64,000 nt of DNA, from NCBI GenBank assembly GCA_041554135.1, contig JBFFML010000005.1, positions 28,195 to 92,194 of the forward strand, written 5' to 3'. How positions within the stretch are numbered: the first letter of the stretch is position 1; every line of letters starts with the position of its first letter. Below are positions 36,387-46,300 of this stretch, in pieces. Made by a program: the position numbers and the translations under genes. The stretch comes from Thermoplasmata archaeon (lineage in GTDB: Archaea > Thermoplasmatota > Thermoplasmata > UBA10834). The notes under the pieces were generated by a model. It was given only the letters and a program-made list of their open reading frames with translations, was not told where the DNA came from and did no database searches.

Positions 36387-36977
36387 TTGGCTATGCCTAG
36401 AATCGGCATGGCTGAGGACGTGACTCCGGCTGTGAGTAGCGCCCCTTCGGGCTGGCTCAGCAAGGCCGCCAAGGAAGAGGCTCGCAAGGACCGCCTCCAG
36501 GGCCCAAACCTCCTCGGGGAGATCATCGCGGCCGTGTTTCTCTCCGTGCTGCTGTGGTTCTTCGTCGCACACAAACTGCAGGATACGGGGTTCTACACCG
36601 ACGACTTCGGAACCCTTGAGATGTTCATGCTCTACTCCGCCGGCGTGTTCGCGGTGTTCGTCGTGGCAGTCCGGCTGATACTGCGCAGGCGCAACATCGT
36701 CCGACCTCTGGACGTGGTGAGCCTTCTGATGCTGTCGGCCGCTCATGCGGTCCTGTTGGCATCGTTCCCGTTCGATTTCGAGCATGTCGAGGACGTGCTC
36801 CCGGACGCGCTCCAATGGACGGTCGGCTGGATGAGCGACTCGATTGGGACCATCTTACTGATTCTCGGGCTCATCGGAGGATTCATCGGTGCGGCGTTCA
36901 CTTCGGCTATCTATATTGGCGTGAAGAGAGAACTCGCCTCGTCCGAGCAACGAGAGTCGTCAGAAGCGGACGGTTAG
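36387..36977 (+). CDS. Membrane protein, uncharacterised (about 4 TM helices)
   Basis: Hydrophobic segments only; no recognisable motif. Confidence 0.35.
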   Translation: MAMPRIGMAEDVTPAVSSAPSGWLSKAAKEEARKDRLQGPNLLGEIIAAVFLSVLLWFFVAHKLQDTGFYTDDFGTLEMFMLYSAGVFAVFVVAVRLILRRRNIVRPLDVVSLLMLSAAHAVLLASFPFDFEHVEDVLPDALQWTVGWMSDSIGTILLILGLIGGFIGAAFTSAIYIGVKRELASSEQRESSEADG

Positions 36978-38152
36978 AGGCGCGTAAGCTCTTCGTTCAC
37001 CTGCAGCCCCTTCTCCTTGAGTCGCCTGACGAACTCACCCGCGGGCAACTGGTCCGGTACCAGAAGGCCCTTGTCTCGTATTAGCCCCTCGACGAGCATC
37101 TCCGTCGGCACTGCCCCGCCGATACCCACCAGATAACCGGTCGCGTTGGTGTGATACTCCTCATACGCCTTTTCGTGAGAGGCGAACGCCCACATCTTCG
37201 CCATCATCTTATGGCCGTCCTTCTCGCCGATCACCTCGACTACCGTCCCACCGTGGCCATTGATCCTGCCAGCCGTCTCGACGGGTCTGGGCATCAGAGC
37301 CGCCAACAGGTCCAGCGGACGTATCTCCACGCCCTTCACGTCGACTGGCTTCTTGCTGTGCAGCCCTAGCTTCCTGATGGTCTTCGCCATGCTCGCGAAG
37401 TTGTCGTCGATGGCTATCCTGAAATCCGCGTTCCTGACGCCTTTCATGTGTTTTGGGATGAGGAACGTCTCGTCATGCAGCGTCTTGTACACGGGCAGTG
37501 GGCCAATCGGTTCCGGGAAGTCGTAGACTTCCCTTTCGTTCAGCGGTGGCACATATCCTATCCTGCCGTCTCTGAAGACCGCGGCGGGGACACACACTTC
37601 GTCGATCCAATCCACGGGAGACCAGGTCGACGCGAAGTCGCGTCCTTCGATCACCCCGTTGTCCCCGTCTATCACATGCACTTCGCTCACGCTGTCGAGC
37701 TTTCCAGCGGCGTATCCCGCCAAGGCGTTGGATATGCCAGGCTCAAGTCCGACGGCGGTGATGGCGGTGATGCCGGCGTCGCGGCACATCGCATCGACCT
37801 TGTCGAAGTCGTCCATCGCCTCTTTGGTCAGGCAGAAATCGACATAGTCTATCCCCTCCGCCGCGGCCGTCTCCATGACCCTGCCGTTCAGGTCCCACGG
37901 GAGGGAGCACACAACGACATCCGAGCTGCGAAGCGCCTCCGTCAGCGCTTTCCGATCGCTGCCGTCCATTTCTTCGACGGTGACCTTGTCGCTCCCGAGC
38001 TTGTCCGCGAGCCCGCGTGCGCCATCAGTGACGGAGTCCGCGAGCACGAGCTCGTCTATCCTGGGATTCGCTGCCAGGACCTCGGCGCAGACAAGACCAG
38101 TTACTCCACAGCCCAGTTGGATGACCTTCACAGTACACACCCACGTGCGCAT
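36974..38152 (-). CDS. Saccharopine-dehydrogenase-family NAD(P) oxidoreductase
   Basis: N-terminal Rossmann motif VIQLGCGVTG, GLEPGISN, ~390 aa typical of the family. Substrate unknown. Confidence 0.65.
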   Translation of the reverse strand: MRTWVCTVKVIQLGCGVTGLVCAEVLAANPRIDELVLADSVTDGARGLADKLGSDKVTVEEMDGSDRKALTEALRSSDVVVCSLPWDLNGRVMETAAAEGIDYVDFCLTKEAMDDFDKVDAMCRDAGITAITAVGLEPGISNALAGYAAGKLDSVSEVHVIDGDNGVIEGRDFASTWSPVDWIDEVCVPAAVFRDGRIGYVPPLNEREVYDFPEPIGPLPVYKTLHDETFLIPKHMKGVRNADFRIAIDDNFASMAKTIRKLGLHSKKPVDVKGVEIRPLDLLAALMPRPVETAGRINGHGGTVVEVIGEKDGHKMMAKMWAFASHEKAYEEYHTNATGYLVGIGGAVPTEMLVEGLIRDKGLLVPDQLPAGEFVRRLKEKGLQVNEELTRL

Positions 38153-38221
38153 GGCGTCCGCTCGTTATGTGACTTCCGTTCGTACGTCTAGGTGCCCGGG
38201 CACACGACGGTCAACGCGCGT

Positions 38222-39835
38222 CTACGCCTGCTTCTCCCCGACCTCACCCGACCTGAGTCCTTCTCCGGAGGATGTCTCGTCGTACTCTCCGTTGACCCAG
38301 GATCCGAGGTCGAGCATCAGCACTATCGCTTCGAGCGCTCTTGCGCAATCGTTGTCGGTCAGATACGCGGCCGCCTCCCCGGCGTTGCCAGCGTCGATCA
38401 GGCCGATGGCGTACGCCTCGTCCGACTCAGCCTCCGTCCTTGCCTCTTCCTCCCACTCCTCGAACGTCGGCACCATGCATCCCCAATCGTTCTCGTTCAC
38501 GCTTCGGAGTCTCATGGAGACGAGCCAAGCCGTGCCGTCCCTGTACGGCATGAGCAGTTCGCCGGCGAGGTCGGCCTCGCTGACTAGGCCGTTGTGGAGG
38601 GGGACGTACGGGCACCAGCATGGATTGTAGATGGCGGTCCACATGCGGGACAACATCTCAGGGTGCTCCGCACTCATCTCGAAGACACCAGAGGACACGG
38701 TCCTCGCGTTGCATATGGAGAACCCAGGCCATCCGTCCTCCCAGCATTCCCACGGTATCTCTGGATGCTGGTCCTTTATCCAGTTCGGATGGGAGTTGCC
38801 GAAATCCTCCAGATCCCTGCAGAAGCTGATGACGAGTTCTGCGGATACGACATAATCTGCCTCCGCCATGAGTCGCAACCCGTTGTCATATCTGGCTATC
38901 GAAGGAGTCCACATCGTCCCGAAGCTCTCGTTGATGACCATCGAATAGTACGGCTCATAGATGTAGTGGTTCGTGTGGCACGACACGTTGTCCGTCACCT
39001 TCTTCGCCACTATGTCGGGTATCTCGGGGTTCTTCCAGTAGCCGTTTCCATCTGACGGCACGGTCTCGATGAACGCCGCCTCTTGCCGATCCGCTACCAT
39101 CAAGGTCGACCCGCCATATTTCGGAAGGTCGTCCATGAGCTGTATCGCCTCATCGACGGTTCCACACCGTTCAAGGACTATGCGGTTCGACGTTAGTTCC
39201 GTGTATCCTCCTTCCCAGAATGCGTCGCTCGGTATGGGCATCCAGTTGTTGCCATCGCACAGGCTCATCTCGTTCAGCCCGAAGGACACGCCCCAGTATC
39301 CCGCTTCCGTGACCGCGATGAATCCATAGCTCTCGTCGGTAGATTCCATGATCATCAGTATGTTCACTCCGCTTTCGTCTCTGTTCTTGGACGCGACAAC
39401 GTTCCCGTCCACGGTGCCTGAGCCCGCCGCGACGAACTGCGTGCAACCCCCCATGCCGCCGACGTCGCCCCCGTAGAGGTTCATGGCAAGCAGATCGATG
39501 TAATTGACACCGGCTCCCGAGGCCATCCCTCTGATCTCATCCCTCATGTCGTCAGGAAGCACGTTCTCCCTGGCTTCGGCCTTTGTCAACAGGCTGGAAG
39601 GACTGAGGTCGGAACCATCGACATCCTCCCAGAACAACGCGAGGTTCCCCTTTATCTGGTCACTGGCTAGGCGACCGTACTCGAAACCTCTCTCCTCAGG
39701 GCTCCCGCTCAACACGACCACGAGCATGGAATCCTGGTCGCTGCCTGCGCCAGCGACCTGCATTGCTATGCCAGGCACCGCGGCGATCAAGATAGCTATC
39801 GACGCCCAAACTGCGACAGACTTGAATCTCGTCAA
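38222..39835 (-). CDS. Secreted Ntn-hydrolase, C45/choloylglycine-like (tentative)
   Basis: Signal peptide AVWASIAILIAAVPGIAMQVAGA. GSPEERGFEYG, and GGCTQFVA with a candidate Cys nucleophile. TTG start. Confidence 0.5.
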   Translation of the reverse strand: MTRFKSVAVWASIAILIAAVPGIAMQVAGAGSDQDSMLVVVLSGSPEERGFEYGRLASDQIKGNLALFWEDVDGSDLSPSSLLTKAEARENVLPDDMRDEIRGMASGAGVNYIDLLAMNLYGGDVGGMGGCTQFVAAGSGTVDGNVVASKNRDESGVNILMIMESTDESYGFIAVTEAGYWGVSFGLNEMSLCDGNNWMPIPSDAFWEGGYTELTSNRIVLERCGTVDEAIQLMDDLPKYGGSTLMVADRQEAAFIETVPSDGNGYWKNPEIPDIVAKKVTDNVSCHTNHYIYEPYYSMVINESFGTMWTPSIARYDNGLRLMAEADYVVSAELVISFCRDLEDFGNSHPNWIKDQHPEIPWECWEDGWPGFSICNARTVSSGVFEMSAEHPEMLSRMWTAIYNPCWCPYVPLHNGLVSEADLAGELLMPYRDGTAWLVSMRLRSVNENDWGCMVPTFEEWEEEARTEAESDEAYAIGLIDAGNAGEAAAYLTDNDCARALEAIVLMLDLGSWVNGEYDETSSGEGLRSGEVGEKQA

Positions 39836-40207
39836 TGTAGACTCCCCCGCTCGATATCGCGGTCATCTGATTTCATGATATCTGCGTAGTCAGTATGCGG
39901 GAAATGCGGGCCCCTCCGCGGTCTATCGTCCCGTACCCTTCCATTGTGCCGAGCGTCCTCAAGACACTTGACGAATGGCAACATCATAGTGATGTAGAGG
40001 GGACGTCCCGCCTTAGGCTCGATATGCGTTCGGTTGAAAGTCCGACGACGAAGTCACCCTCGTTCTTGACGCGTTTCAAAGGCTGCATCACGGTTCGTCT
40101 CAATGGATCAGGCGGTCACAGCTGCCGGAAAGGCTTAGTTATCTCGTGGACGTTCGGCCTTGCGGGCGGAGCCTCACCTGCAAACATGATCCGAGGATGC
40201 GTGGACA

Positions 40208-41629
40208 ATGGCCAGGGCGAAGATTGAGTTCCTTTCGAGGGACGAGGAGGACCTCATCCACGAGAAGACCATCGAACTACTGGAGACCACGGGCGTGCTC
40301 ATTCGCAGCGATGCCGTCCTGAAGCTGATGGATGATTCCGGGGCGCATGTCGACGAGAAGGGCGTGGCGCGGATGCCCGAGTCCATGGTGGACGAGGCGA
40401 TCGCGAAAGCCCCAAAGGAGTTCGTGCTCTGTGGCCGCGACGAGGGCACGGACGTTGGCCTTCCATCCAACGGCCCGCCTCACCTGACGACGGACGGTCT
40501 GACACTATACGTCAGGGATTCTGAGACCGGCGAGAACAGGAACGCATCCCGGGCGGACTTCGCGAAGTTCGCGAAGTTGGCGGACGCCCTCGACCCGGTC
40601 AGTTTCTTCTGGCCGATAGTGACGATATCCGACGTCCCTGCGCATGTTCACAACCTTTACGAGCTCTGGGAGTCGCTCAGGAGCTGCGGGTTACACGTCC
40701 AATGCGATTGCGTGAGTGGCGAAGACGCCCGACGGCAGATGGCGCTCGCCTCGCTTGTAGTGGGTGGCGAGGAAGAGCTCAGGCGTCGTCCCATCTTCTC
40801 CTGCGCGATCGACCCTATCGCTCCGTTGTCGTTCGACGGAGGTCCTGCAGAGGCACAGGTCGCATTCGCGAAGGCCGGGGTTCCAGTGCTATGCCATTCG
40901 ATGAGCTTGAGCGGGCTTTCGAGCCTCGTCACAGTCGCGGGGACGCTCGTCAATGTGCACGCCGAGAATCTCGCGAGCCTCGTCATATCTCAATTCGCAT
41001 GCCCGGGCGCACCTCACATATATGGCTCGTCATCAACCCCGATCGACATGGTGACCGGTGCCATCGACTACACGGCACCCGAGGGGCTACTGATATCTGC
41101 GGGAGCCGGCCAGATGGCAAGGAGGTGTGGAAGGCCTTGCATGGTCTCCGATTGGGGCGCCGGCGTCAGAGGCCTTGGAATCAAGGCGAGCTTCACTGAG
41201 CTGGCCGCTCATGTCTGCACCGTGTTCGCCGGCAGCGACCTCGTACCTGGCATTGGGGGGATAGACGACGCCAAGGGGTGTTCCCTCGCTCAGATGGTCA
41301 TCGATTCGTCCCTATGGGACTGCTTCAGAGCCTTCCTGCGGGATTTCACGGTATCGGATACGACGGTCGCGCTGGACGTCGTCAAGGACGTGGGACACGG
41401 CAACTGCTTCCTGACACACAAGCACACTGCGGACAACTTCAGGGACGCATTGTTCATGTACGACAGAGATGCGCTGGACATGCAAGCCACGTTGTCTGGT
41501 TCGATGATATCAGCCGCATCGGAGGCAGCGGAGAAGTTGTTGGACTCGCATGAGCCTACACCGTTGGATTCGGACATAGCACGGGAGGGCGAGGCCCTCT
41601 TGCTGGACTTCTCGAAGGGCGAGCGGTGA
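40208..41629 (+). CDS. MttB-superfamily methyltransferase homologue, non-pyrrolysine type (1)
   Basis: N-terminal LSRDEEDLIHEKTIELLETTGV and family-length TIM-barrel protein (473 aa). The ORF is uninterrupted, with no in-frame TAG. Confidence 0.85.
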   Translation: MARAKIEFLSRDEEDLIHEKTIELLETTGVLIRSDAVLKLMDDSGAHVDEKGVARMPESMVDEAIAKAPKEFVLCGRDEGTDVGLPSNGPPHLTTDGLTLYVRDSETGENRNASRADFAKFAKLADALDPVSFFWPIVTISDVPAHVHNLYELWESLRSCGLHVQCDCVSGEDARRQMALASLVVGGEEELRRRPIFSCAIDPIAPLSFDGGPAEAQVAFAKAGVPVLCHSMSLSGLSSLVTVAGTLVNVHAENLASLVISQFACPGAPHIYGSSSTPIDMVTGAIDYTAPEGLLISAGAGQMARRCGRPCMVSDWGAGVRGLGIKASFTELAAHVCTVFAGSDLVPGIGGIDDAKGCSLAQMVIDSSLWDCFRAFLRDFTVSDTTVALDVVKDVGHGNCFLTHKHTADNFRDALFMYDRDALDMQATLSGSMISAASEAAEKLLDSHEPTPLDSDIAREGEALLLDFSKGER

Positions 41630-41715
41630 GCGCCGTTCCCCGAAGACGGCGGAGTCGAATCGATGGGAGCCTTTATCGCCTTCATCAGCTGATATTCGTC
41701 AGACGGGGGCCAGAG

Positions 41716-42387
41716 ATGGTGGACGCGAAGCCGTTGACAGAGTACGACCCGGTGATACGGCCATACGAGGATTCAGACAGGGGCGCGTGTGTGGCGATGT
41801 CCATCGAGGCCTGGCCTCGGATGAGTTCCGGCCTGCCGGGAGGCGTCGCCTCGGATTTCTGGGGGATGCTTCTCGACCTGGCAAGAGACTACTCCGACTC
41901 GCACGAGGTGGCTTGCGTGTCGGGTTCCGTGGCTGGCGTCCTATTCGGACGGAGACGCGGCGCGCTTTCGACGCCTGAGGCGATTGGTCAAGCAAGGATC
42001 TTCCTCTCAGCTATGCGTGGCATAGGAAGGAAGTGCTCGTTTCGCGAGAGGGTCTCACTGTTCAGCACCCTGATGCTGACCGAGATCAAGGTGTTTTTCA
42101 ACACACCCGACTGCGACGGCGAGATCGCGTTTTTCGTTGTTGGCCCCGGGTATCAAGGCAGTGGCATAGGCAACCTCCTCCTAGAGAGTTACCTGGCGCA
42201 CGCAAGGTCTGGGGGCCTGCGTCGAGTATCCTTATACACGACCGATCCCGCGTGCAACTGGGGATTCTACGAGCGGCGAGGGTTCCGCCGAGTGGCGCGA
42301 TTCGGTGATGATTTCGGCGCGCGTATCGAGGGGGAGGAAAGCTACGGGTTGATGTACGTTCTGGAGCTCGATGGCCCAGGACCTTGA
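41716..42387 (+). CDS. GNAT-family N-acetyltransferase
   Basis: GYQGSGIGNLLLESYL and WGFYERRGF motifs. ATG 41716 is preferred over the GTG at 41626. Confidence 0.65.
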   Translation: MVDAKPLTEYDPVIRPYEDSDRGACVAMSIEAWPRMSSGLPGGVASDFWGMLLDLARDYSDSHEVACVSGSVAGVLFGRRRGALSTPEAIGQARIFLSAMRGIGRKCSFRERVSLFSTLMLTEIKVFFNTPDCDGEIAFFVVGPGYQGSGIGNLLLESYLAHARSGGLRRVSLYTTDPACNWGFYERRGFRRVARFGDDFGARIEGEESYGLMYVLELDGPGP

Positions 42388-42450
42388 AGTGTTGCCCACC
42401 TCAGGTCATCGGCAAAAACCTATTATCTCAAGATTCGTCTAGCTCTCTCG

Positions 42451-43098
42451 ATGGAGCAGACTATCGAGTGCCCCAACTGTGGAACGACGAACCCAGCGGA
42501 TGCTCAGAACTGCAGGATATGCGGACAGCATCTCGCGCACTCCTACGAGGTCGTGGACGGCGCGTATGTCTGCAAGTCCTGTGGCGCAAGGAACGTGGAA
42601 GGGGCCCGTCTGTGCAACTCCTGCAAGACGCCTTTGAGGGAGCTGGTTGAGAGCAACATCCCAGGAGAGGTCAACGCTCAGGAGTGCGTCCATTGGTCCG
42701 AGAAGCCGCCGTCATCGGGCAGGGCTGCCCGAGTCATGATGGCAGGGGTGCTGATACTGATAGCGGGAGTGCTTGGCATCGCCCAGGCGGCGTTGGCGCT
42801 CAGCCCGGAGATAGGTGAGAACTTCATTGATGCATACGAGGACCTCGTACCAGGAGCGTCGGCCACGGACGATTTCCTGGGAGACTACATCCTGTTGCAG
42901 ATCGGCGTGTTCGTGTTCGGCGTCGTTGCGGTATTCGGAAGCATGTTCGCGTTGAGACAGTCCAGATTCGATGTCTCGCTGATCGGAGGCGTATTCGGCA
43001 TCTTGGCCATAGGCTTCCTCATCGGGGCGTTCCTGAGCCTGGTCGGCCTGCTGTTGATCGCCGTCTCGCGCAAGCAGTTCCTAGCTGCGTGTGCGTAG
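42451..43098 (+). CDS. Double zinc-ribbon protein with C-terminal TM helices (uncharacterised)
   Basis: CPNCG..CRICG and CKSCG..CNSC, followed by 3-4 hydrophobic helices. Confidence 0.5.
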   Translation: MEQTIECPNCGTTNPADAQNCRICGQHLAHSYEVVDGAYVCKSCGARNVEGARLCNSCKTPLRELVESNIPGEVNAQECVHWSEKPPSSGRAARVMMAGVLILIAGVLGIAQAALALSPEIGENFIDAYEDLVPGASATDDFLGDYILLQIGVFVFGVVAVFGSMFALRQSRFDVSLIGGVFGILAIGFLIGAFLSLVGLLLIAVSRKQFLAACA

Positions 43099-43121
43099 GC
43101 AGCGCGGTTCGGACGGTCCGG

Positions 43122-43460
43122 TCAGAGGTCCAGGAACTTCTGTATCTCGAGCCTTCTGCCTTCCGGGTCCCGGAAGAAGAAGTGGTATATCCTGTATCGC
43201 GCGTTCTCGGTCGGAGGCCCCTCCGCCAGGCCTCCGAGTCTCCGGTACATTTCATCCACCTCGCCCTTCGTTTCGAACCAGAAACAGATGATGCCTCCGG
43301 TGTCCGCGGATTCTCTCTGGCAGAACCCAAGGACGAGGTTGTCGCGCTTGAGTATCGTGCAATCCTCCTGTTCGATCCAGACGGTCATCCCCAATTCGGA
43401 CGTGTAGAATTCGACCAGCTCGTCTCGCATGCGGGTCGACAAGAACACGATTCCTGGCAT
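43122..43460 (-). CDS. VOC/glyoxalase-family protein
   Basis: A betaalphabetabetabeta-like pattern and an H/E-containing C-terminal YHFFFRDPEGRRLEI. ATG at 43460 (the track start is TTG at 43487). Confidence 0.6.
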   Translation of the reverse strand: MPGIVFLSTRMRDELVEFYTSELGMTVWIEQEDCTILKRDNLVLGFCQRESADTGGIICFWFETKGEVDEMYRRLGGLAEGPPTENARYRIYHFFFRDPEGRRLEIQKFLDL

Positions 43461-43500
43461 GTCACAGGGAAGGTGTGCCGAGGACAAAAAGGGTTCGTCT

Positions 43501-43516
43501 GATGTCGGCCGACATC
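43501..43516. promoter_or_regulatory. Perfect 16-bp palindrome GATGTCGGCCGACATC in a divergent promoter region
   Basis: Self-complementary by inspection. About 41 nt upstream of the VOC ATG and 96 nt upstream of the aguB ATG. Confidence 0.3.
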
Positions 43517-43611
43517 GCTGGGCATGTCAATCCTCGCCATGGCTCCCGTTAAGAAAAGGCTAAATCACCCGTAGCCCGCTTCATGGTCGAGCTCACGTTG
43601 CGTGGTCAGAC

Positions 43612-44523
43612 ATGGCGGAAGTAGTCGTCGCGGCGATGCAGATGGCTTGTGTCCAGGATTCCGAGAGGAACATCGAGAAAGCCGAGAGGCTCATACGCGA
43701 AGCCGCTGAGAAGGGCGCGCAGGTGATACTGCCACAGGAACTTTTCGCGACTCTGTACTTCTGTCAGAATCAGAAGGTGAGACATCTGTCTCTCGCCGAA
43801 GAGGCCTCCGACAATCCCTTGCTGAAGAGGATGTCCCGTCTGGCCGAGGAGCTTTCCGTCGTGCTTCCCATAAGCTTCTTCGAGAAGGCGAACAAGGCGT
43901 ATTTCAACTCCGTGATGATGATCGACGCTGACGGCACGCACCTCGGCGTCTACAGGAAGAGCCATATCCCGAACGACCCTGGTTACTGGGAGAAGTTCTG
44001 CTTCTCGCCGGGCGATACTGGGTTCAAGGTCTGGGCGACGAGGTACTGCAGGGTAGGCGTTGGCATATGCTGGGACCAATGGTTCCCCGAAGCCGCGAGG
44101 ATAATGGCACTCATGGGAGCCGATGTGATCATGTACCCGACCGCGATCGGCTCCGAACCCGTGTACGAGATGGACACCGCTGACCATTGGAGGATGGTGA
44201 TGAGGGGCCACGCCGCCGCCAACATGGTCCCCGTCTGCGCTTCCAACAGGGTCGGCTCTGAGAAGGGCGAGTCCACTGAGCTCACGTTCTACGGAAGTTC
44301 CTTCATCGCCGGACCCGACGGATCCATAGTCGCGGAGGCGGGCCGGGAAGAGGAGACGACCATCACGGCTAAGTTCGATCTCGACCGAATCGTCGAGATG
44401 CGTGACTCCTTTCACGTGTTCAGGGATAGGAGGCCAGATCTCTACTGGCCTTTGCTGACGATGGATGGCAGCACAGGCGTCCACAGGCAGGAGATGCCAG
44501 GCCGGGATGTCGGCACGGACTGA
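43612..44523 (+). CDS. aguB: N-carbamoylputrescine amidase (CN-hydrolase family)
   Basis: VILPQELF, YRKSHIP and GVGICWDQWFPEAAR (catalytic Cys), with size typical of AguB. Confidence 0.8.
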   Translation: MAEVVVAAMQMACVQDSERNIEKAERLIREAAEKGAQVILPQELFATLYFCQNQKVRHLSLAEEASDNPLLKRMSRLAEELSVVLPISFFEKANKAYFNSVMMIDADGTHLGVYRKSHIPNDPGYWEKFCFSPGDTGFKVWATRYCRVGVGICWDQWFPEAARIMALMGADVIMYPTAIGSEPVYEMDTADHWRMVMRGHAAANMVPVCASNRVGSEKGESTELTFYGSSFIAGPDGSIVAEAGREEETTITAKFDLDRIVEMRDSFHVFRDRRPDLYWPLLTMDGSTGVHRQEMPGRDVGTD

Positions 44524-44754
44524 TGCGCCTGGCAACCACGTCGATATGGCGAAAAGTGTACAGCGCGGTCATCGGGTTCGTCAGCCCTTTATGAAGGGGA
44601 CTGAGCAAGTGTTATCTATTGCGCTGATATTTCGGGGTTCTGGAAAGGGGTGCCCTAGTCTCTGGCATTGGCCGTGTGGGTCAACATCCGTTGACTTTGC
44701 CAGTAGTGCTGGGCTCGCCTGGGGTCCTTTTTCTTCGACAGTGAGGTATCGCAG

Positions 44755-46104
44755 ATGGCGAATGCATCCAAACCTGAGAGGAAGTACAAGCAGAAGACGC
44801 AGAAGTCCAAGAAGCACATAGAGTGGTCGAGGGGTCTGATGCCGGGCGGCGTTGAGAGCAACATACGCCTGTTCAAACCCTATCCGTTCGTGTCTAGGCG
44901 GGCGCAAGGCCCGTACATCTACGACATCGACGGTAACAAGATGACCGACTACACGCTTGGCTACGGGCCGCTCATCCTCGGCCACAGACACCCCAAGGTC
45001 GTGAAAGCAGTGAAGGAGCAGGTCGACCGGGGTAGCATGTTCGGCTCCCCGACGGAGCTCCCGGCGAAGTATGTGGAGCTGGTCAAGAAGGCGATGCCGT
45101 CGATCGAGATGTTCAGGTTCACGAACTCTGGATGCGAGGCCACCATGACATCGCTGAGGGTCGCCAGGGCATACACGGGGAAGGAGAAGATAGCCAAGGC
45201 GGAAGGTTCGTACCATGGCGGCTATGACTACATGATGCAGAGTGTGGACATACCGGAGGACAAGCTCAAGAAGGGGGTCAAGTGTCAGCCCCCCGTGCCG
45301 TGGGGCAAAGGCCTTCCCAAGTGCGTGTCCGACCTTGCGGTCATATATCCGTTCAACGAATGGGCGGAGACCGAGGAGATCATCAGGAGGAACGCCGATG
45401 ACCTCGCGGCCGTCATCGCGGAGCCCATCCACGCGGGCGGTGGCTGCGTCACTCCGAGAGACGGATATCTCAAGAAGCTGAGGAAGCTCACGAAGGAACT
45501 CGGCATACTCCTGATATTCGATGAGGTCCTGACCGGTTTCCGCATAGCGCGGGGCGGGGCTCAGGAGCGATACGGGGTCAAGCCGGACATCACGTGCATT
45601 GCCAAGGTCGCGGGCGGGGGTTATCAGCTGGGCGGCTTCGGCGGAAGGAAGGATATCATGCGGGAGATACTCCCGTGCGACGACGGCAACGTCTATCATG
45701 GAGGCACGTACAACGCTCACGCGGTTTCCGTCGCGGCTGGTTACGCGACCCTGAAGGAACTCTCGAAGGCGGGAACGTACGAGAAGCTGGAGCGCACGGG
45801 GGACTTGTTGTTCGACGGTCTGAGAGACCTTGCGGCCGACCGAGGCGTTGACGCTTGGGTAGAGAGCGCTGGATCCCTCGGCGAAGTCTTCTTCATCGAC
45901 AGGGAGATCAAGACATGGAGGGACGAACTCGACGTGGACGGGGAGAAATGGGAGCGTTGGTACCTGTCGGCCATCGCGAACGGCGTATTCTTCGGCGTAC
46001 CGCATCCCGACGGACACGCGTTCATCTCGACGGCCCACACAGACGACGTCATACAGAGCTCGCTCGAAGTGCTCGATGGCGCCTTCAAGAGCGTCGCGAA
46101 GTAG
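44755..46104 (+). CDS. Class-III PLP aminotransferase, glutamate-1-semialdehyde-aminomutase-like
   Basis: GGVESNIR, GYGPLILGH, FDEVLTGFR and the GGYQLGG region. Substrate not assignable. Confidence 0.75.
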   Translation: MANASKPERKYKQKTQKSKKHIEWSRGLMPGGVESNIRLFKPYPFVSRRAQGPYIYDIDGNKMTDYTLGYGPLILGHRHPKVVKAVKEQVDRGSMFGSPTELPAKYVELVKKAMPSIEMFRFTNSGCEATMTSLRVARAYTGKEKIAKAEGSYHGGYDYMMQSVDIPEDKLKKGVKCQPPVPWGKGLPKCVSDLAVIYPFNEWAETEEIIRRNADDLAAVIAEPIHAGGGCVTPRDGYLKKLRKLTKELGILLIFDEVLTGFRIARGGAQERYGVKPDITCIAKVAGGGYQLGGFGGRKDIMREILPCDDGNVYHGGTYNAHAVSVAAGYATLKELSKAGTYEKLERTGDLLFDGLRDLAADRGVDAWVESAGSLGEVFFIDREIKTWRDELDVDGEKWERWYLSAIANGVFFGVPHPDGHAFISTAHTDDVIQSSLEVLDGAFKSVAK

Positions 46105-46300
46105 ACCGCGCGTATCGAAGCTCAGCGGGCGAAGTCGCGAGACGCGGGACTCGGAGAACTAACAGCGTACGCCATGAATCGATCAGCCATATCGACCCAG
46201 TCTTCCTCAGACATCCTGTGAATTCGCCTTTCGAATCGTGCACAAACCCTTATGTATTTCGGACGGATGCCCTCTCACCGGAAGGTAAAGGGGTGAGCAG

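Noticed and set aside
43606-46038. 309-aa and 485-aa minus-strand ORFs antisense to aguB and the GSA-aminomutase-like gene; likewise 59866-60780 antisense to the PAC2 gene
   Set aside because: The opposite strand encodes proteins with clear catalytic motifs. The antisense products have no motifs and show GC-driven composition.
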